Source: an uncultured Thermococci archaeon (GTDB lineage Archaea > Methanobacteriota_B > Thermococci > Thermococcales > Thermococcaceae). Taken from it: a stretch of 20,898 nucleotides of DNA. The notes below the pieces were generated by a model that saw only the letters and a program-made list of their open reading frames with translations, was not told where the DNA came from and ran no database searches. The translations under genes and the position numbers were made by a program. Positions 10,494 through 20,219 of this stretch are shown piece by piece (the first letter of the stretch is position 1; each line of letters begins with the position of its first letter). The stretch spans positions 1 through 20,898 of the forward strand of contig CAZAPD010000119.1 of assembly GCA_964487115.1 (NCBI GenBank), given 5' to 3'.

Positions 10494-11861
10494 TTATACC
10501 TCAACAAACTCAAAGCCGATCAAATCAGCGAATCTTTTCAGTGTATCTTTATATTTTCCGTACACTAAGACAACATGATGTCCAAATCCCATCTTGCTGA
10601 TAGTTTTGGAGTCTTTTACTCTGACACCTATGGCAATACGACAGTGGACTGTATCCCTGGTCCAAGCAACTTCTCCTTCAGTTGCCCAGATTTTGTTCAT
10701 ATTCCAGTGAATGCCCGCCACGGTAACAGGAGCACCTTCTATAAGATCAGAATACAAAGTTGCCCCAACTTTCATTCCATGATAATCTTTTACTTTAATC
10801 CTGCACATTGGACATGCATATGATGGTGGAAGCACGTCATGGTTTATCGTTATAATGCCGTTTTCAATATCCCAATGCGTTACATTTTCGTTCAGATTGC
10901 CCATTAGAGCCCCTTTGCCAGCAACTGCCATCAGAACGGTCATTGCAAATAAAGCGGGCAAATCTCCTTCACATCCACTTGGTATCCCTTCATCTATAAG
11001 TAGGGAGAATGCCATGCACGGCACATAATCGATTGCCGCCAGTGCAGGACATTCCACTGTTAACGCATTTGCATTGTACTTCTTCAGTAATTTCTTTAGT
11101 GCCAAATATATCTTGGCAACATCAGTCAAGCTTGTGCCCGTCTTGTTGTTTTCTACCTCAAACTTGGTTTTCCAGTTTTCTGCTATCTTCTCCGCTTCGC
11201 TGTCTTCGATTTTCCATATGGTGTCCAGATATTCATCCAATTCTATAACCTTAATTTCCGGTCCTACATTTTCGTGTATGTAGTCAATTGTAACTTCTTT
11301 AGGTACAGCAACACTTCTGGGTGGATATTTGCCTATATACAAAACCTTTAACGTACGAAGCGACTTGACCGCCCTAATAGCCGAGAGCGTGCTAATAACG
11401 TCCTCTGCCCCCATAGGAATTATATGCTTGACCCCTGAGTACTTATCAAATCTAAACTTTGAAAGTCTGCCATGGATGGAATATCCCCAAGAGTCCCATT
11501 CTGGCATGATTGGCTTTTTTAATAATGCCAGCTCATCAAGGATCCCCTCCGAAACCATCCAGTCTTCCATGTCTCCAATTACCAGAAGGTCTGCCTCATC
11601 GGGGATATTCTTAACATCCTCACGTTTTTTTATCTTTATCTGGGGAAGCACGTGAATAAGACCTCTCTCTTCAAGCTTTTCAATATGAACATCTTTCGGA
11701 GGCAGTTCCTGACTTCTCAGTTGATCCCTCGGTTTTTTTGGACCAAAAACCCATGTTTGCTTAGCTATTGGAGTTTCATCAGACAACCATCTTTCCAGCG
11801 CGCTTTCCATTTTTAAAGGCTGCAATACAACATGTGTATCCCAAATTTTTTTAAGAGTCAT
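10494..11861 (-). CDS. L-fucose/L-arabinose isomerase-superfamily protein, substrate unknown
   Basis: ALTVEC, PCMAFSLLIDEGIPSGCEGDL and C-terminal GHHVVLVYG are FucI/AraA-like catalytic-region patterns. ATG 11861 follows GGAG. Confidence 0.75.
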   Translation of the reverse strand: MTLKKIWDTHVVLQPLKMESALERWLSDETPIAKQTWVFGPKKPRDQLRSQELPPKDVHIEKLEERGLIHVLPQIKIKKREDVKNIPDEADLLVIGDMEDWMVSEGILDELALLKKPIMPEWDSWGYSIHGRLSKFRFDKYSGVKHIIPMGAEDVISTLSAIRAVKSLRTLKVLYIGKYPPRSVAVPKEVTIDYIHENVGPEIKVIELDEYLDTIWKIEDSEAEKIAENWKTKFEVENNKTGTSLTDVAKIYLALKKLLKKYNANALTVECPALAAIDYVPCMAFSLLIDEGIPSGCEGDLPALFAMTVLMAVAGKGALMGNLNENVTHWDIENGIITINHDVLPPSYACPMCRIKVKDYHGMKVGATLYSDLIEGAPVTVAGIHWNMNKIWATEGEVAWTRDTVHCRIAIGVRVKDSKTISKMGFGHHVVLVYGKYKDTLKRFADLIGFEFVEV

Positions 11862-11904
11862 GACTCCTTCCCCCACAGCCTATTCTATAGTTCTTGGCTA
11901 TCTT

Positions 11905-11985
11905 TGGTTTAAATGTTTATTTTACACATTGGACAAGTTTACTCCATCCATAACTTCACATTGTACAAATAAAAAATATAAATAT
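11905..11985. promoter_or_regulatory. Divergent promoter pair with two repeated boxes between the TATA elements
   Basis: Minus-strand TTTAAA at 11908-11913 and plus-strand AAAAAA-TATAAATA at 11971-11984. Boxes CACATTGGACAAGT (11925-11938) and CACATTGTACAAAT (11957-11970) lie between them. Confidence 0.55.
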
Positions 11986-12029
11986 TCAACCTCAAAGGGA
12001 TATCGATTGTTGTATGGAGGTAGACTCCA

Positions 12030-13106
12030 ATGAGACTCCTGCACAAAAAGATTTTAGGGACTGTAGTTGTGTTGTTTTTAGTGGCTTTAGTAACTTTCTC
12101 CGCTGGTTGCACAACAACTTCTCAGAGCTCCAGCACCAAATCTTCTACTCAGACTCAGACGAGTACATCATCGGCCCCTGCACTCAAAAAGCCCGGCGAG
12201 GGTATGACAGTTTACTGGATCGGAGGAGCTGCCGGGGATCCTTTTGATGCAAGATTATATAAAGGAGCTAAAGATGCTGCTGCTCTGCTGGGAGTTAAAC
12301 TAATTTATGTCCATACAAAGTGGGACCCAGACAAAATGGTTCAGGAATTTAAAAAAGCGATATCAATGGCCCATCCCGGAGATGGCATTGTTGTTATGGG
12401 ACATCCAGGATATGACGCTCTCGCCCCACTCTTTGAGGAGGCTGCAAAGAAGGGTATCTATGTAACATTAGCAAATGTTGATATACCAAAACTCAGGGAG
12501 AAGTACTGGTTTACCGGCTATGTTGGACAGAACGTGTATCAAGCGGGATACAACCTGGCATCTGCAGCTCTTGAAAAGTATAAAGATCGCCTGAAACCAG
12601 GTGCAAGAGTAGCCATATTCTCTGGTAGCTGGGAGCAACCTGCTAGAGCTTTGAGAGCGAGAGGCATGGAAGATGCATTTAAAAAAGCAGGTTTGATAGT
12701 TGATGAAGTCTCTCATCCTCCAGAAGTTTATGGCAATCCCTCAGAAGGCATACAATATGTTACAGGGTATTTGGCCAAACATCCAGATGTTGCATTAATA
12801 GCCTTCGATGGTGGAGGCACTACAGCCACAGCAGAAAACTATATGAAGGCCGCAGGCAAGAAACCCGGCGATATAATTGTAATTGGATTTGATTTAACAC
12901 CCGGTTCAGTTAAAGGTATAGAAGATGGTTATGTCCAGATGGTCATTGACCAACAGCCATATCTCCAAGGTTTCATGACAGTCCTGAACTTAGTTTTAAG
13001 CAAAGACTACAAATTTGCCGGCTTATACATTGATACAGGAGGATCAATAGTAGATAAAAGCAATGTAGGAACAATAGCTAAGCTCGTTCAAGAAGGTTAC
13101 CGCTGA
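12030..13106 (+). CDS. Sugar ABC transporter substrate-binding lipoprotein (RbsB/periplasmic-binding-protein type 1)
   Basis: Signal peptide with SAGC lipobox, Ser/Thr-rich linker, DPF..LYKG, IGFD and IDQQPYLQG. Confidence 0.92.
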   Translation: MRLLHKKILGTVVVLFLVALVTFSAGCTTTSQSSSTKSSTQTQTSTSSAPALKKPGEGMTVYWIGGAAGDPFDARLYKGAKDAAALLGVKLIYVHTKWDPDKMVQEFKKAISMAHPGDGIVVMGHPGYDALAPLFEEAAKKGIYVTLANVDIPKLREKYWFTGYVGQNVYQAGYNLASAALEKYKDRLKPGARVAIFSGSWEQPARALRARGMEDAFKKAGLIVDEVSHPPEVYGNPSEGIQYVTGYLAKHPDVALIAFDGGGTTATAENYMKAAGKKPGDIIVIGFDLTPGSVKGIEDGYVQMVIDQQPYLQGFMTVLNLVLSKDYKFAGLYIDTGGSIVDKSNVGTIAKLVQEGYR

Positions 13107-13135
13107 TTTGTCTTCTGCTCTGTTTTATTTTTAAT
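13107..13135 (+). terminator. T-rich putative partial terminator after the binding-protein gene
   Basis: TTTGTCTTCTGCTCTGTTTTATTTTTAAT directly after the stop codon. Confidence 0.4.
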
Positions 13136-13211
13136 CTGATGATCTATGTCAACAGCTGTTATTTGAAGAATTCAAATATCTCGCGCATACAAAATGAAAG
13201 GAGGTCGGATA

Positions 13212-14006
13212 ATGGACTACGTAATCTATGCCAAAAACATCACAAAGAAATTTGGAAACATAATAGCACTTAATAATGTCACCTTTAAAGTTAGAAAAAA
13301 TGAGATAGTAGGAGTTGTTGGGGACAACGGTGCAGGAAAATCTACCTTAATGAAAATACTTTTTGGGATACACAAACCCGATTCAGGGGAGCTTTACATT
13401 AAAGGCAAACTGTATAATGATTTGAACCCAAAAAAAGCCTATGAATTAGGAATTGTACTAATTCATCAAGAGAGAACGTTATGTTCCCATCATTCAGTAT
13501 GGAGAAACATATTCATGGCAAGAGAAATCACAAACAGATGGGGATTTCTTAAGATAAACGAGATGAGAAAACGCTCTGAGAATGCATTGAAAGAACTTGG
13601 CCTTACATCCAGAATATCTTCGGTAGACACGCCGGTGAATTATCTGTCAGGAGGCTATCAACAAGGAGTTCAGATTTCAAGAGCATTAGTATTTGATGCA
13701 GATGTCGTCATACTTGATGAGCCCACTAACGCTCTCTCCCTCAAGGAGGTTCAGAAAGTTCTGGAATATATTAAACAGCTTAAGGAAAAAGGAAAATCAG
13801 GAATTATGATTAGTCATAATGTGTATCATGTTTACCCTGTTGTGGATAGGTTCGTTATTCTCAACAAAGGGACTATAGTCGGAGAATTTCGGAAAAAAGA
13901 TCTTGATATTGAAGATTTATCCCATATCATGTTATCCATAGCAGAAACCGGGAAGATACCTCCGGAGTATTCCAAGCTAAACCTTGCTGAAACTCCTGAA
14001 GCATAA
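13212..14006 (+). CDS. Sugar ABC transporter ATP-binding protein (single-domain, CUT2 type)
   Basis: GDNGAGKST, LSGGYQQ signature, ILDEPT and ISHN. ATG 13212 follows GGAGGT. Confidence 0.95.
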   Translation: MDYVIYAKNITKKFGNIIALNNVTFKVRKNEIVGVVGDNGAGKSTLMKILFGIHKPDSGELYIKGKLYNDLNPKKAYELGIVLIHQERTLCSHHSVWRNIFMAREITNRWGFLKINEMRKRSENALKELGLTSRISSVDTPVNYLSGGYQQGVQISRALVFDADVVILDEPTNALSLKEVQKVLEYIKQLKEKGKSGIMISHNVYHVYPVVDRFVILNKGTIVGEFRKKDLDIEDLSHIMLSIAETGKIPPEYSKLNLAETPEA

Positions 14007-14023
14007 AGCATGAGAGGTGATAC

Positions 14024-15028
14024 ATGATGAGAGACATCAAAAGCTTTATCGAAGCTCATAAATTGCAATTTGCCATACTTGGTATATTCTTAACCCTGTG
14101 GTTAATATTTTATATAATCAACCCATATGCATTTTCGAATCCATATACTTATACTGCCCTGTTATCTGTAACCCCATTCACGATACTCCCTGCACTTGGT
14201 TTGACTTACATAATAATAGCTACTGAAGTAGACCTTTCATTTTCTGCAATAATGGCAGTGGGTGCAGTAACCTTTGCATATGTCTGGCAGAACACAGGTT
14301 CATGCCTGCTCGGTTTTATTGCGCTTCTATTTGCTGGTCTTATTGCAGGCGCTTTCAACGGAATACTAGTGGCGAGGCTTAAAGTACCTTCCTTAATTGG
14401 AACCATTGGAACGATGTTCTTTTGGAGAGGAATTGTTTTGGTAGTAACTGGGGGCTACGGAATAAGCTTACATAATATTGAAAAAACATACATACAAAAA
14501 CTCTTCGTTGGGACAGTCTCAGGAATTCCGATTCAATTCCTCTGGACAATCCTAATCACAATTATATTCTGGCTGATTCTCAACAGACATAAGTTTGGTG
14601 CATATGTTTATTACATTGGCGACAACAGAGCTGCTGCAAAAATGGTCGGGATAAATACAGAAAAGACCTTACTGTATATCTTTTCTTTAGAGGGCATGAT
14701 CGCTGCCTTTGCAGGATTCTTAGTTGCTCTATCCCTCGGCACAGTATGGCCTGCACTTGGCGATATTTATATGCTAAAATCCATAGCTGCTGTTGTTATT
14801 GGAGGAACCCCCTTAACAGGTGGCGTTGGCACGATTTTTGGAACCTTCATGGGAGGCCTCATGCTTGATCTAATAGAAACAGGAATATTAGCAATTGGAG
14901 TCTCAGGATTCTGGATAAAAGTAGTCGATGGTGTGGTTATAGTAATAGCCTTGGTAGCACAGGCCCTCATAAGAGAAGGGGAACTTGCAAAGATAAGGAG
15001 GAAGAAAGAAGCTTTGGCGAAAGAGTGA
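14024..15028 (+). CDS. Sugar ABC transporter permease (RbsC/BPD_transp_2)
   Basis: EVDLS, VPSLIGTIG, IGDNRAAAKMVGI and IAAVVIGGTPLTGGVG. Confidence 0.95.
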   Translation: MMRDIKSFIEAHKLQFAILGIFLTLWLIFYIINPYAFSNPYTYTALLSVTPFTILPALGLTYIIIATEVDLSFSAIMAVGAVTFAYVWQNTGSCLLGFIALLFAGLIAGAFNGILVARLKVPSLIGTIGTMFFWRGIVLVVTGGYGISLHNIEKTYIQKLFVGTVSGIPIQFLWTILITIIFWLILNRHKFGAYVYYIGDNRAAAKMVGINTEKTLLYIFSLEGMIAAFAGFLVALSLGTVWPALGDIYMLKSIAAVVIGGTPLTGGVGTIFGTFMGGLMLDLIETGILAIGVSGFWIKVVDGVVIVIALVAQALIREGELAKIRRKKEALAKE

Positions 15029-15069
15029 TTTCCTGTCTTTCCATTTTATTTCCGCGATTACACAACATT

Positions 15070-15540
15070 TCATCTCAAAACATCTGAAAACGGAACTCCC
15101 TCGGATTTCAGGGTTTTAACTCCCATCAGTATCATGTAATCCTGAATATATTCTCTTCCACGTAAGATGTTGTCAATCTCCCGATATAGAAATTCCCGTT
15201 CCTCGGAAAATACTCCAATCAAGAGCGTATAACCCCCCAAGACTTCCACCAATGTAAAAACATTCTCCATATCCATTAGTTCCTTTTCAAAGAGTAGTAA
15301 ATCTTTCCGTGAAATATCTGCCTTAATCTTTAGGAGAATATATGCATATGGATAATCAAGCTTATCAAATCTTAAAAATGCGGCAACTTTTAAGTATCCC
15401 TCATTTTGGAGGTTCATTCTACGCCATCTTATAGCGGATTTTGATAATCCCAATTCTCGTGCAAGCTCTGCATCACTCAATCGGCCATCTTCCCGGAGCA
15501 ATCTTATTAACTCCCAATCTCTCTTTGTTAGGGCTTTCAT
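15070..15540 (-). CDS. Lrp/AsnC-family transcriptional regulator
   Basis: DWELIRLLREDGRLSDAELARELGLSKSAIRWR HTH followed by a RAM-like C-domain (EVLGGYTLLI). Confidence 0.9.
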   Translation of the reverse strand: MKALTKRDWELIRLLREDGRLSDAELARELGLSKSAIRWRRMNLQNEGYLKVAAFLRFDKLDYPYAYILLKIKADISRKDLLLFEKELMDMENVFTLVEVLGGYTLLIGVFSEEREFLYREIDNILRGREYIQDYMILMGVKTLKSEGVPFSDVLR

Positions 15541-15629
15541 TTTTAAGTTAGCCTCCCATTATTTGATGCCACTCAATGTTATGTCATTTCAAAACTTTAA
15601 AGACTTATTGATTCCCAACCCCCTGCTCA

Positions 15630-17627
15630 TTAGTTCTTAGTTTTAGATTCTTCCTCAGCCTTCCTCATGAGCTCCTTAACGCGCTCAATTCGATATTCCT
15701 CAACGACCCTGAGGAACTTCTTGAGCTCCTTCTCTCTATCCTCTTCTTCCCAGAGGGCAAGTTTGTCATTTATAGCTTTCTCAAGCTCCTCTCTGTCAAC
15801 AATTGCAAAGTCATCAACCCGCTTGACCTCAACCTCATCCTTATAAAACACTGGGATATGGGCCTTTCTGAAAACTCTGAATGCATCATCAGGCAAAGTT
15901 CCACCGCTTACAATAGCTTTTATACCTTTTCTCACGAGATATTCGGCTATACTCTTACCCGCTCCCGCAGGATTCACTACAAAAAGAACATCTTCCTTTT
16001 TTATTCCTGTCTCCTTCTCTATCCTCTCTATTTCACGCCAACTGAGGGTCTCAAGAACCTTCAGCGGAAGAGCTGATCCCCGAAGCTCAAGCAGGTGCAT
16101 TCTCTTCGCAAGGACGAGATCTCTGCTCAGCTTCTCAATTATAGCCTTTGCATCCTTCAATTCTCTCTCAAGAGCTTCTATACGCTTCACTTTGGCCTCA
16201 AGCTCCCTCTCCCTCATGACCCTTGCTCTAATCTCATCATCATAATCAATCAACCGTCTCTCCAGACGGCCTATAACCCTCCTCTGCTCCTTTATAATCC
16301 CTCTGAGCTCCCTATTTTCACGTTCAAGAATTTCCACACTTCTCTCAAGCTCACGAATTCTTCTCAGGTAGGGCTCTATGTCTACGCTCCTCTCCGGGAC
16401 AGGTCTCTCCTCTTCTCTCGGCCTTTCACGTGCTGTTACTTTTGTTATAGCCTCTCCAAGATTGTAGCCCCGAATTACAAGAGCTTTAATCTCTTCTCCC
16501 TTCTTTAAAAGCCCCAGTTCCTTTAACTTTGCTTCTACATGTTCCATTTTAGGCTTCAACCGAAGATATGCTTTATATGCTGCCGCTAACGCATCACGCT
16601 GATGGTCATCGTCAACCGATATACCAAGGCTTCGCAGAAGCTCGTTCTTCTCATCGACACGAAGACTTTCCCTGGGAACAAAGAGATTGGCTTTGAAGGA
16701 GCGGGCGAGTTTCTCAACCAGACCCGGAGCAGGATTGACATCAGTGGCAATTATTATAGGATGTCCAATATCACTTATGAACCTGAAAATCTCACTTACA
16801 GCCATATTTCTCTCGCTATAAACAGCCAGAACATTGCCATTTAAATCGATAGCTGCTATCCCCACGGTTATTCCAGGATCAATTCCAACTATTATGCTCT
16901 TCCTTTCCTCTATAGCCTTTTCACTCTTCAGGGGTGCGAATTCAAGGCTCTTTCTTTCAACGGGATAAATCCTAATTTCAATATCACCCCCATGAGCCGG
17001 GCGTATAAGTCCAGCAAGTTCTTCCCGGTTTGCATATACCCTGAACTCCCCCCTGGCCAGGCCGTAATCCTTCTCTTCAACTTCCAGATCAAAAGGAATA
17101 TCAGCTTTTTTCAACCTATCCTCTATCTCCCTAACTTTATTTTGAATCAGATTGTGAATTCTTCTTCTATAGCGATCCTGACTCCAGCCGCCTTTCCCTT
17201 GACTCCTTCCACGGGAAACCTTTATAATCACCTCATCCTCAAAGGCCAGAACCTCATAACCAACACCTTTAGAAGCCAGAAGAGCACACACCTTTGCCTC
17301 TTCATATGGATCAAATCTGTCAGTTATCCTGATTCCATTCTCTCTCGCAAGAGACCATAGGGATTTCTGCTCTCCAGGTCTTCCTGTCACCTGAACCAGC
17401 TTCGTACCCTGAGGCAGAGCGCGGAGGAATTTCCTCAGGTCATCACCAAGCTCGTGGATATTATCCATGGCAATTATCTCCGGCCGTTTAGTCTTTATAA
17501 AACGAATCAGCCTGTAGAGGGTGAACTCACCCTTCTTCTCAAGCCTCCCGTTCATCCAGCTTACAACTGCAAATCTCTTTGGACTTTCACCTATTACATC
17601 AACACCCAAGATTAGAATAGGCACCAC
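15630..17627 (-). CDS. DUF460-family protein (RNase H-like domains plus long coiled coil)
   Basis: ILGVDV, GGWSQDRYRR, IVGIDPGITVGIA, IATDV, DDHQRDALAAA and a coiled-coil region. Confidence 0.85.
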   Translation of the reverse strand: MVPILILGVDVIGESPKRFAVVSWMNGRLEKKGEFTLYRLIRFIKTKRPEIIAMDNIHELGDDLRKFLRALPQGTKLVQVTGRPGEQKSLWSLARENGIRITDRFDPYEEAKVCALLASKGVGYEVLAFEDEVIIKVSRGRSQGKGGWSQDRYRRRIHNLIQNKVREIEDRLKKADIPFDLEVEEKDYGLARGEFRVYANREELAGLIRPAHGGDIEIRIYPVERKSLEFAPLKSEKAIEERKSIIVGIDPGITVGIAAIDLNGNVLAVYSERNMAVSEIFRFISDIGHPIIIATDVNPAPGLVEKLARSFKANLFVPRESLRVDEKNELLRSLGISVDDDHQRDALAAAYKAYLRLKPKMEHVEAKLKELGLLKKGEEIKALVIRGYNLGEAITKVTARERPREEERPVPERSVDIEPYLRRIRELERSVEILERENRELRGIIKEQRRVIGRLERRLIDYDDEIRARVMRERELEAKVKRIEALERELKDAKAIIEKLSRDLVLAKRMHLLELRGSALPLKVLETLSWREIERIEKETGIKKEDVLFVVNPAGAGKSIAEYLVRKGIKAIVSGGTLPDDAFRVFRKAHIPVFYKDEVEVKRVDDFAIVDREELEKAINDKLALWEEEDREKELKKFLRVVEEYRIERVKELMRKAEEESKTKN

Positions 17628-17670
17628 CTCTGCATCATTAACAGCTTTGGAGAACTTCTTAAAAATTTAT

Positions 17671-18273
17671 CTAAGGCCGCAGAGAGGCCTGAATTGAGAC
17701 CTCAAGAGCCCTTTTTATAGTCTCAATGGACATTGAAGGCACTGCCTTCTCAAGAGCCTGTTCATATGAATAGGGCACATGGATGAAGCCGGCTCTTATG
17801 GACAGTTTTTTGGTGGCTATTGTGTGAAGGGCCACATACATCGTGGTGTTACACACATAGGTCCCAGCACTGTTTGAAACCATTGCAGGAATCCCTTCAT
17901 TTCTTAGAGCTTTTACAATCCTCTTTACAGGTATTGTAGCAAAATAGGCCGCAGGGGCATCCTTAAAAATGGGCTCATCCTCGGGTTTGTAACCTTCATT
18001 ATCTTCTCTTGTTGAGTCCATAACGTTTATAGCCACCCTCTCAACGGTTATGTTCGGCCTCCCTCCTGCCTGTCCGCTCATTATCATGATATTGGGCTTA
18101 ATATTCTCTATAAGCTCGGGGAGGATAGTCTTAACCCCCTTAAACGTCACAGGGAGCTGTCTTTTTATTATCTCAGCGCCGGAAATCCTGTCTGGAAGTT
18201 CCCTCACAGCCTCCCATGAGGGATTTATTTTTTCTCTGCCGAAGGGTTCGAAACCTGTTACCAGAACCTTCAA
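17671..18273 (-). CDS. pcp: Pyroglutamyl-peptidase I (pyrrolidone-carboxylate peptidase)
   Basis: VLVTGFEPF, INPSW and the catalytic E (VERVA), C (GTYVCN) and H (FIHVP). TTG at 18273 is 5 nt after GGTGA. Confidence 0.95.
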   Translation of the reverse strand: MKVLVTGFEPFGREKINPSWEAVRELPDRISGAEIIKRQLPVTFKGVKTILPELIENIKPNIMIMSGQAGGRPNITVERVAINVMDSTREDNEGYKPEDEPIFKDAPAAYFATIPVKRIVKALRNEGIPAMVSNSAGTYVCNTTMYVALHTIATKKLSIRAGFIHVPYSYEQALEKAVPSMSIETIKRALEVSIQASLRP

Positions 18274-18363
18274 CGTTATCACCATTAAAGCTTAGGCCTA
18301 TAGGATTTAAAAAGAAAGTGAATTCGACTGTTAGAACTTTCAACACAACCACCAATTAAAGCT

Positions 18364-18375
18364 AAACTTTATAGG
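18364..18375 (+). promoter_or_regulatory. Probable BRE/TATA for the reductase-ASCH operon
   Basis: AAACTTTTATAG about 30 nt before the ATG. Confidence 0.5.
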
Positions 18376-18405
18376 GTTTAAAAGGAATAAATTCTGGGGA
18401 GAGCC

Positions 18406-19527
18406 ATGAAGTATGATTATGATGTTGCGATTATCGGAGGGGGACCTGTTGGCAATTATCTGGCAAATCTTCTGGCGAGAAAGTTTGATGTTGCAGTTAT
18501 AGAAGCAAACAGTTCTTTTGGAGGAAAAGCCTGCACCGGAATAATCGGTAAGGACAGCTATAATGATCTAAAACTCCCGAAAAAAGCAATTCTCAATGAG
18601 TTCAAAGGAGCAATTTTTTACTCAAAGATTCAGAGCTTTGAGATCAAGAGAACAGAGCCGCAGGCGTATCTTGTGGATAGAAAGACACTTGAAAAAATAC
18701 TCGCAGAGAAAGCCATTAAAAGGGGAGCAGAATACTTTATGGGAACGAGATTTGTGGGATTCAAAAACGGCAAAGCTATTTTTCAGAGGTTCAACCAGCA
18801 GTTTGAGATCGAAGCCCAGTTTTATATCGGAGCTGACGGGCTCAGGAGCAAAGTTGCTCAGGAAATGGGAGTCAAAACAAAGGCAGAATTCATGGGAGGT
18901 TATGAAGTTGAAGTTGTGGGGGAGTTCGAAAGGCCAGATTTCACCGAAGTTTGGATAAATAAGGAAATTAATAAAAACTTTTTCTTCTGGGTTGCCCCCG
19001 TAAATGAAAATCTGGCCAGAATAGGCACCTTTGGAAGCCTTGATTCCATGTTTAAATTTCTGAAGATGAGAATGCTAAAGGCCGAAAATATCGTGGAGTT
19101 CAAGGCGGGCAGTGTGGGCCTTGGCTGGAGAAAGCCATGGATTAAAGGCAATACTGCCATAGTAGGAGATGCAGCACTGCAGATAAAACCCACCACTGCG
19201 GGGGGGATAGCCTACGGAATGTTCTGCGCCCATGCACTGGCGTATTCTCTCATCAACGGTAAACCGAAAGATTATGAAAACCTATGCAGAGAGATTAGGA
19301 AGCAAATTTCCTTTGGGATGAAGCTCAGAAAAATGTTCTTAGGGCTTACTCAGGAGCAGATTGAAAAGATATTCGAGATTCTCGGGAGTAGAGAGGCGGT
19401 TGAGCTGATTGAGAGGACCGCCGACTTCGATGACCATGCAAAGACTGTAAAAGCCATAATCAGGAGCCCCAAACTTCTGGCAAAGCTCCTGAAGGTGTCA
19501 CCAATGTTACTGCGGCATCTGGTGTGA
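18406..19527 (+). CDS. Geranylgeranyl-reductase-family FAD-dependent oxidoreductase
   Basis: GGGPVG, ACTG, IGADG and VGDAALQIKPTTAGGI. Confidence 0.88.
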   Translation: MKYDYDVAIIGGGPVGNYLANLLARKFDVAVIEANSSFGGKACTGIIGKDSYNDLKLPKKAILNEFKGAIFYSKIQSFEIKRTEPQAYLVDRKTLEKILAEKAIKRGAEYFMGTRFVGFKNGKAIFQRFNQQFEIEAQFYIGADGLRSKVAQEMGVKTKAEFMGGYEVEVVGEFERPDFTEVWINKEINKNFFFWVAPVNENLARIGTFGSLDSMFKFLKMRMLKAENIVEFKAGSVGLGWRKPWIKGNTAIVGDAALQIKPTTAGGIAYGMFCAHALAYSLINGKPKDYENLCREIRKQISFGMKLRKMFLGLTQEQIEKIFEILGSREAVELIERTADFDDHAKTVKAIIRSPKLLAKLLKVSPMLLRHLV

Positions 19528-19530
19528 GGT

Positions 19531-19875
19531 ATGGAGTGGAAAATGGGTCTCCAAGAGGAGTACCTCGTGGCAATAGCTGAGGGCAGGAAGAAGGTCGAAG
19601 GCCGCCTCTACGACGAGAAGAGGCAAGCCATAAAGCCCGGCGACGAGATAGTCTTCGAGAACAGGCTGGTATGCGTCGTGAAGGATCTGAGGGTCTACTC
19701 ATCCTTCAGGGAGATGCTGGAGAAGGAGGGGCTGGAGAACGTCCTCCCCGGAGTGGAGAGCATTGAGGAGGGCGTTAAGGTCTACAGGCGCTTTTATTCG
19801 GAGGAAAAGGAGAGGAAGTACGGCGTCGTTGCCATAGAGGTCGAGCCCGTCGCTTGGATAGGGGAGCCTAAATAA
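19531..19875 (+). CDS. ASCH-domain protein (PH0355-like)
   Basis: GRKKVEGR (GxKxxExR), IKPGD, YSSFREML and YGVVAIEV. Confidence 0.88.
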   Translation: MEWKMGLQEEYLVAIAEGRKKVEGRLYDEKRQAIKPGDEIVFENRLVCVVKDLRVYSSFREMLEKEGLENVLPGVESIEEGVKVYRRFYSEEKERKYGVVAIEVEPVAWIGEPK

Positions 19876-19883
19876 CGTGAACC

Positions 19884-20219
19884 TCAAAAGCCCAATTCCT
19901 TCAAAACCTCGAAGTCGTTGTCCAAGGTTATTATCGGCAGACCGTTGACAATCGCAGTTGATGCCATGAACAAGTCCCTTATGGACCTCGAAGTTCCTTT
20001 TTCTTTCAGTTTCTTGTGGAGATACGCCGCCATCTCGGCGCATTTCCCGTCAAAGGGTAGCTCTATGAGGGCTTCGAGCCATATCAGCTCGTCCTTCCTC
20101 GGCATCCCAAGAAGGATTTCAAACTTGGTTATCGATGTTATGTAGAAGGTGTTGTCCAGGGATGTTACCCTGTCGAGAACCTCCCCGTTTCCCCAGGCAA
20201 TCTCTATTATGACGTTCGT
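19884..20219 (-). pseudogene. vapC: VapC (PIN-domain) toxin gene, 3' part, interrupted near its 5' end by the IS element
   Basis: The frame is open upstream of the listed ORF: TNVIIEIAWG...TSITKFEILLG...LPFD...IRDLFMASTAIVNGLPIITLDNDF*. It starts exactly at the T of the PIN (D)TN motif, abutting the IS end. Confidence 0.85.

Noticed and set aside
12108..12180. Low-complexity Ser/Thr stretch as a DNA repeat
   Set aside because: Ordinary linker of archaeal lipoproteins.
13151..13160. Perfect palindrome AACAGCTGTT between the binding-protein and ATPase genes
   Set aside because: A single 10-bp palindrome is expected by chance in 21 kb, and it does not match the promoter boxes.
19884..20105. 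73-aa ORF as a complete protein
   Set aside because: It starts at an internal Met of the IS-interrupted vapC.
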